Shown here: positions 56,702-64,000 of the stretch, piece after piece
Numbering within the stretch: position 1 is the first letter of the stretch
How the letters are laid out: each line of letters opens with the position of its first letter
From: Lytechinus pictus
Lineage: Eukaryota
Reading direction: 5' to 3'
Length of the DNA stretch: 64,000 bases
Assembly: GCF_037042905.1 (NCBI RefSeq)
Contig: NC_087250.1
Coordinates: 25,298,001 to 25,362,000, forward strand
Notes under the pieces: model-generated
What the model was told of the DNA's origin: nothing
The model's input: the letters and a program-made list of their open reading frames with translations, nothing else
Databases searched by the model: none
Made by a program: the position numbers and the translations under genes

Positions 56702-57304
56702 AGGACAAGTCCACCCCAACAAAAACTTGATTTAAATAAAAAGAGAAAAATCCAACAAGCATAACGCTGAAAATTTCATCAAAATCGGATGTAAAATAAG
56801 AAAGTTATGACATTTTAAAGTTGCGCTTCATTTAACAAAACTGTTATATGCACATTTCGGTTGGTATGCAAATGAGGGAACTGATGACATCACTCACTCA
56901 CTATTTCTTTTGTATTTTATTATATGAAATACGAAATATTCTAATTTTCTCCCCATTGTCCTGTGAAACAAAGTTTTATTTCTCCCTGAACATGTGGAAT
57001 TACCATTGTTTAACATTTTATGGTTCAGTCAAGTTTGTCCTTATTGTCAAATCTGTAAAAAATGAAATATTGTATAATTCAAACAATAAAAAACAAAAGA
57101 AATAGTGAGTGAGTGACATCATCGACTCACTCATTTGCATGTAACTGACTTGTTCATCTAACTATTTTGTGAAAAATAAGTAAAACTTCAAAATGTCATA
57201 ACTTTCTTATTTTACATCCGATTTTGATGAAATTTTCAGCATTATGCTTGTCTGATTTTTCTCTATTGATTCAAATCAACATTTTTCTGAGGTGGACTTG
57301 ACCT
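56702..57304. mobile_element. Full-length Kolobok-like family A element
   Basis: TTAA|AGGACAAGTCCACC...GGTGGACTTGACCT|TTAA. Confidence 0.85.
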
Positions 57305-60300
57305 TTAATGCATTTTCTAAAGTGAAATTGAATTCTATTCACACCTGTGATTACTTATGTGCAAAATTTTCATTAAAAATGTAAATTTGTGAAAATTTCT
57401 GGGGGCAACTGCCCCCTCCCCCCACTGCGTACGGCCATGGTGATGTGAATGGTTATACTTGAATGTATGATGTAATTGATTTGATTATGTGATAATTATG
57501 GAAATTATCATATTGATGTGCTGTATAAAGAGAAGGAATAAATAATGACTAATATACTGCAGTTTATCATTGTGAGAAATGTATTTCATTGAATTTGAGG
57601 GGGTTGGGTGATGCGGGGTTTAGGCGAGTTGAGTTGATAAGCTTGCCTGATAAAGCACCATATGATATTCAATTTATTTGAGACAAAGACCAGAATAGTT
57701 CATGGGTGATCAAGTTTGGAAATGCAAACAATTTACTGATTTATAATAAAAAACATGCCATGTTTGTGGTATTGTTCGCTCTGGCACATTGACTAAAATA
57801 TTTGGGTTACTGTCTAATGCCAATGGTTACATTTGCTCTACGGCCGCGAGTCGAATACAGTCGTATTATTCATTTTTATTCAAACCAACTATGTATAGCT
57901 ATAGCCTATACAAAAAAATGTCTAAACGGCTGTTTTCAACTCGTACGGCCGCCGGAGATCAATTGTGACTGAGGTATTACTCTTCAGTATGTTACGAAAA
58001 TATTTTTTAGAAAGAGAATTATGGATTATCATCGAATTACAAATGACGTTTTACTCCCCATGCGTAGTTAGAACTTTGAACTGGAATAAAGGGTAAATAG
58101 CCTATGAAATTCAAAATATGAGGTTTAATTAAACATTCACGCTTGAATGAACATGTGGAAGATGTGAATAGCTCTTTTTTACGTTATTGGAAAAAATGCA
58201 ATTGCTAACTATGGATATCTGTCACAAACCTTGCATAGTTCATTTGATTTGACTTTTATGAAAATCCCGAAGTCTAATGCTTCAGTGAGCACATAATATT
58301 CGAAAATTATGCAAATGAGAAGAAAGTTCAAGGCCTTGGCCCCACTTTGTGCCGTATCAAATGATCATGCTGTGCGCACCTTTTGGATAGTGTCACTCTG
58401 AAGCCATGTGCGAAGTTTCACGAAAAAACTGATGGCAGAAGTAACAAAAACCGTCCGTGAAACAAACCCTTTTTTTCACTTTTGTTAAAATGTTGATTTC
58501 CTATCCCATAGACATTGTGTACACTATGGGTGCATAATTATGTTTCAGAATAAGTAACCCCTTGTTCAAAATGGTGGAACTTTTTTTCAAAGCTGTCTTT
58601 AGCAATGTCATTTGGCAGTAATGTTGATCAACCCATGGGCAGAATTTTGTGCAAAAATGAAATCGATTTGTTTATTTATGGATGAGTGAGCACACATCAA
58701 AGGGGGGGGGGGGGAGAAATGGCATTTTCAATGTCAAAGACTCATTTTGAGGGGTTATAAAGTGAATAGTGGGGGCAAATTCAGTTTCAAATGTGACCTA
58801 ATTGCTGTTGTTTTTATCATCCATCATCATCTTTATCATCATCACACACTTTCCGAACTTTTTACACTTTCATGGTTGAGCGAGCACACTTGAAAACTTA
58901 GGAATGAATGCTCTTTATATTGCATAATGCATTCTTTTCCTAACAATTTCTAAGGATCAGTTGAATGGACTAGTGAGTGGTGAATCCACAATTTGAAAAT
59001 GGGGAGGGGGTCGAGCAATTGGGGAAGGGGAGCCACTAACATTTTACAATTTTAATGTTCTTTTTTTAAGTTATAGAGGATACTACCATAAACCCCTGAT
59101 GATACGTCACCAAAAAAATGTGCTCACTCAACCATGAACATACGTTATCAAAATTTTGAGTGGAGTGTCTAAATGATGGATAATAAAAATAGCATTAGCA
59201 ACATAAAATTCACCAAAAAACATCCTTCGCCAAACCTTGTATTTACACAATCTGAAAAACGACTCTCGTGACTTTCAAATATGGTCATTTTTAATTCAAT
59301 CTTTGATTACTCATGCATGACCCAACTGATCAATCTCACCCCCCCCCCCCCCGGAGTTGCTTAATGAGTGTAAAAAACCACCTACGAAATATTATATTTC
59401 AAAATTATTCCATTCAAAAGTTACAGCATTTTGATGTAGGGGGGACTTACTTTTTTTGTTTTGTATATAATCATAACAGCAATGCAAATAATGATGAGAA
59501 TGAAAATAATGAAATAATAAAATTAGTCCTGACTTTTAACGGCTAAAAGGTTTAATGAATTTGAAATAATCCAGATTTCAGGAATTTTCCTTCGTGGTTC
59601 AGTAGAAACACTTGCACTGGCACCGAGCAGTACTTAATTACCGACGGTGCGTCACAAAAAGATCAATTGATGAATGAACGCTTCTTCAGCGTTCATTCGG
59701 CTAAAGTAGGTAGCGGCCAAGGGGTGCAAACGAAAGAGCCGATTGCCGAAATATATATTTATACATTCAATCAATTAAATAAGTTAATATTTCAATAAAA
59801 TACACTATATTATATCTAACAAGCGTGATTTACAAGTTCTTGGCAAAAATGAGGTATTGTGAATTTTTAACATTATTAATATGAATATTGAAGTGAAGAT
59901 TCTAACATAATCTCTAACTAACCAAATGAGCTGCTCATTGACCGTCTTGCGTAATCGATTTTGTGTGATCGTTTAATAATCGATCCTAACCAAAAACTTA
60001 AATATTAGACCATTTATTGGAGCCCAGAGCCAGTTCTCCCCCGGATAGGGGATGGGGGTGTTTTGGGGAGGGTCGGGGGGGGGGGGGGTAGGGTCCAGGG
60101 CTGAGTTTGTTGTTGAGATTGAATTTATTTGAGTGAAGAGGCCGAGGCGATGGGTTTAAAAAAAAATATGATGATGGCTTCAATTCGTTTAGGTTTTATT
60201 AATTATTTATTTTTGTGTATTTGGAAAATTTCTTTTTTATGTTTTTATTTGACACTGAAAAAAAATTCAATATGTTGAATTTATTGTAGAAGTTTATTCT

Positions 60301-61100
60301 TAATGTATATTATTATCATCAATGTTATTTATAATTATGTATTGAAAGATGTCTGACAGTGTGTTTTATTGTAACATTCAAGAAAAAAAATGATGTTAAA
60401 TTTATGAGTTGTCAAGGTACATGTATTTATCAATTTGTAAAGACATCAAACTTCTATTTGTTATATATATTTTATTTTGTATATGATTTGAAGCTCTCAA
60501 TAAAAACTACTTAATACAAAAAAAAACACTCAACAGTCGTCGGAATATGTAACGAGATTTCAAAAAGAGTTTACTCAAACTATACAATAGGCCTATTGAA
60601 GAGATATAACATATTTAAAAAAGTAATAAGTTAAAACAAAAAATGTTTCATAATTAGAAAGAAAATAATTTGACATACTATAATGTGCAATGGCATTTTG
60701 TCAAACTCGAACCTCTTTACGTAATTTGGGTCTTTCCCTTCTTTAGCTAATAAAATAATAATTGCTTATTTTTGTGATGCAGAAAGTTCTCCGAGAGCAA
60801 AGGCTTCATTGAATGCCCCTATAAATACATCCTTTATTTCAGCCCAAAATGTACAATAAAATTCAACTGTTAACCCATCATTTCCAGTTGATCTGTTTTG
60901 CTTCATTTCTTTCAGTGCCGAAACACACTCCTCTTCTAGTATATCTCCTTCTCAGCTTTCAGAATTTTGAGATGTTACCGTTGGTACATTTAAAACAAAA
61001 ATCCCCAAAATCTTTTGTGTATTCCCTAGCATTTTTTCAAGACCACACATTGGTAGTCGTAATGCATATAGCATTTTCATTTATTTGATATACGATAAAA

Positions 61101-61215
61101 CGGCAATGTGGATAAAATGCCTTGTTCAAGGGCATTAGTGCCGAGCCGGGAATCGAACCCCCCGATCCTCCCATCTCCAGTCTAGCGCCTTAGACCACTC
61201 GGCCACGGCACCTCC
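61101..61215 (-). mobile_element. tRNA-derived SINE head
   Basis: Minus strand has TGGCCGAGTGG (A box) and GGTTCGATTCC (B box), then continues into a SINE-like CCCTTGAACAAGGCATTT segment rather than a terminator. Confidence 0.7.
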
Positions 61216-61617
61216 ATTTATATTTTGTAATCGATTACATACTAAACCCTCCGCCACGATATTTTAATTGCTGAATTCATATTAATTTATCCCGATTCCT
61301 ACGTACTGCGCTTTACATACATGACTATCACTCACCTTTTTTTTTTTCCATTGAAGTAATCAATAACTGACATCATCAATATAATATCATATCGAAAATT
61401 ACAAGATCAATACTATGTATTTACTAACCAGTATTTGGCAAAGGTTAAATAAGATATGAGCGGTGATTGATGCTCTCTACACTATTCGAATTCTTAAAAA
61501 AATAACCTTGTTTTTTTGAAGCGGGAGTCCAACGTGATCGTCGATGTTGGATTCCTTCATAATTATGATTGCCACGATAACAAGTATCACGAAACGAAGG
61601 GGGGGGGGGGTTCAAGC

Positions 61618-62295
61618 TGAAAATTATGTGATTTGAAATATTTAAAAAAAGAAAATAAAAACGGACAAACATTACACTGAATATTTCATCAAAATAACAC
61701 AGGCTGAAAATTATGTGACTTAAAAAATAAAAAATAAACTAAAAACGGACAAACATTACACTGAATATTTCATCAAAATAACAAGAAATATATAATTATG
61801 TGATTTAAAAAAATTAATAAATAAAGTAAAAACGGACAAACATTACACTGGATATTTCATCAAAATAACACTGGCTGAAAATTATGTGATTTGAAAAATG
61901 TAAAATAAACTGAAAACGGACAAATATTACACTGAATATTTCATCAAAATAACACAGGCTGAAAATTATGTGACTTAAAAAATCAAAAATAAACTAAAAA
62001 CGGACAAACATTACACTGAATATTTCATCAAAATAACAAGAAACATATAATTATGTGATTTAAAAAAATTAAAAAATAAAGTAAAAACGGACAAACATTA
62101 CACTGAATATTTCATCAAAATAACACTGGCTGAAAATTATGTGATTTGAAAAATGTGAAATAAACTGAAAACGGACAAACATTACACTGAATATTTCATC
62201 AAAATAACACTGGCTGAAAATTATGTGATTTGAAAAATTAAAAATAAACTAAAAACGGACAAACATTACACTGAATATTTCAACAAAATAACGCA
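61618..62295 (+). repeat. ~85-bp tandem repeat x ~8
   Basis: AAAACGGACAAACATTACACTGAATATTTCATCAAAATAAC is repeated; includes a 3-unit (255-bp) higher-order duplication. Confidence 0.92.
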
Positions 62296-64000
62296 AGAAA
62301 TAAAAAAAAGTTATGACATGTAAAAGCGCTCCCCTGGAACGGTTATGCATGTCTTCATGAATATGCAATGAAGAAGCTGTTGATGCCATATCCCTATCTA
62401 TTATTTGTATTTTATGAAATGAGTTAACAAATTTTGTTATCAGAGAAGAAAATTAAAAATAAAACTTACTGTGTGATGCTGCAAGCTATTTTTATATCCA
62501 TGACGGTGTACGTACTTACAGTGTTTTCACAAAATTGCTTAACCTCGTACATATTTGTTGTGAAATTATCAGCATTTTGCTCTGATTATCTAAACATGAT
62601 TATTTTCAGCGCGGAGTCCATTACCCATTGAGGGGGAAGAAAGACTGTTTGAATTAATCTCTAACAGATTCATATTTTCCAGCAATCGCCTTCGAAGAAT
62701 AACATAGGCCTACCCAGTATAAAGAGAGATTCATGGCGCAGATCCCCTACGGCGAGTAAAAATCCAGCCGTTTTAACATTTTTGTATCAGCTATATGTAG
62801 GTATAGTTTGATTAAAAATTAATAAAACGACAGTTTTCGACTGGTACGGCCGCCGAAGCGGAACTGTGACTGCTAAGCAGAAGAAACAAATGGAGGTTAA
62901 CTGTAGATTCGTCTATTACCAACTCCTCCACTCATCACAAGGTCTACCTTCATTTGGTCTAATGCCATTGCATCAATCAAAATTTCGTCTAACAACCATT
63001 TGGTCCAATAATCACTTCGTCTAATAACCAGTTTGTCTATTACCATTTCGTCTAATAACCACTTAATCTAATACTTACTTTCTTTTCATTTATTTCGCCC
63101 AATTAACACTTATCCTATCATAGATCAAATGGTTTATGGACTTAATTGTTATTGGACCAACTGGATATTATTAGACGAAGTGGCAATTAGACCATGTGAA
63201 TAATGAACGAATCGTTGATAGAAAAATGAATGAATGAATTGAAAAATAATGAAAAGAAAGAAATTTAAGAAAAAATACATTAATTCTTTTAAAAAAATTG
63301 CGTTATAATCAAAACTAGAAGACCAGAACGAATGATTCGCTGTCACAGATTAAAGTGGGATGATGTCACTATATTTAAAAATGTATTTAATTGACAAATA
63401 CCTTCTCTCTCTCCCTTTTTTGTATTCTGATACTGAAATAGGAAAAGTACCTATTCGAGAAAACATGAATGCCCCTCTATCTGAATAAACATTATAGTTT
63501 ATCAGTTGAACAAATCACATTTTGCTATATATTTAAACATGCATTATCTTCGTAATTTATTAGATTTTGACAAATTTTTCAGCATCGTGCTTGGTGAATT
63601 TTAGACTATTTATTTAGATACGAGGAGGCACAATAACTAAGTCGGTACAACGGGGGTACGTTTCAGATTCCGTTGACCCGGGTTCGATTCCAACTTGGTA
63701 AAGCCCCCATCACACTTATTCCGAATCAAGCAGAATTGGCCTGAATGAAAGGACTATTGTTTGACCACCAGTTGGTCATTTAAATCTACTTCGAACACCG
63801 TTCGAAAATATCCCTCGAATGTTTTGAACATGACCAAAACCTTTGGGACGGCCAAATGAAATTACAAAAATATTTCGAATGCACTCAGAATGCAGTCAAT
63901 TTAGAATGCGCCTAGAATGTTCAAGAATGTAGCACGAATTATCAATCTGACTCCATTGCGGTTCATTTTGACTAGTGTATGATGATACACCTGGTCAATT

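Noticed and set aside
61140..61215. Functional tRNA gene
   Set aside because: A and B boxes are present, but the cloverleaf is imperfect and the sequence runs on into a SINE-like body. The same applies to 6718 and 51574.

Overview
AT-rich, transposon-dense animal genomic DNA. The repeat landscape resembles a sea urchin/echinoderm, which is an inference. The window holds one protein-coding gene: an 8-coding-exon inositol-3-phosphate synthase (ISYNA1/MIPS) on the + strand, ATG 22310 to TAA 49383, 1740-nt CDS, 579 aa, including one GC-AG intron. The main feature is a 15.1-kb tandem array (31286-46421) of 176 copies of an 86-bp unit. The unit is the last 80 nt of coding exon 7 plus the first 6 nt of its intron (...TTTTTAG|GTAAGC). 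Intron 7 therefore begins with about 175 duplicated donor sites. Each is also an AG|GT junction resembling a recursive splice site, and an in-frame TAA sits directly behind the first donor. The array is polarised: units are exon-identical at the 5' end and diverged, with higher-order blocks, at the 3' end. The rest of the window contains non-autonomous DNA transposons (hAT-, Harbinger-, CACTA-, Kolobok- and MULE/foldback-like, several nested), tRNA-derived SINEs, a Penelope-type hammerhead remnant, three other minisatellites, and a perfect 134-bp palindrome about 0.9 kb upstream of the ATG. All coordinates and counts were read by eye, and TE superfamily calls rest on TIR/TSD signatures only.
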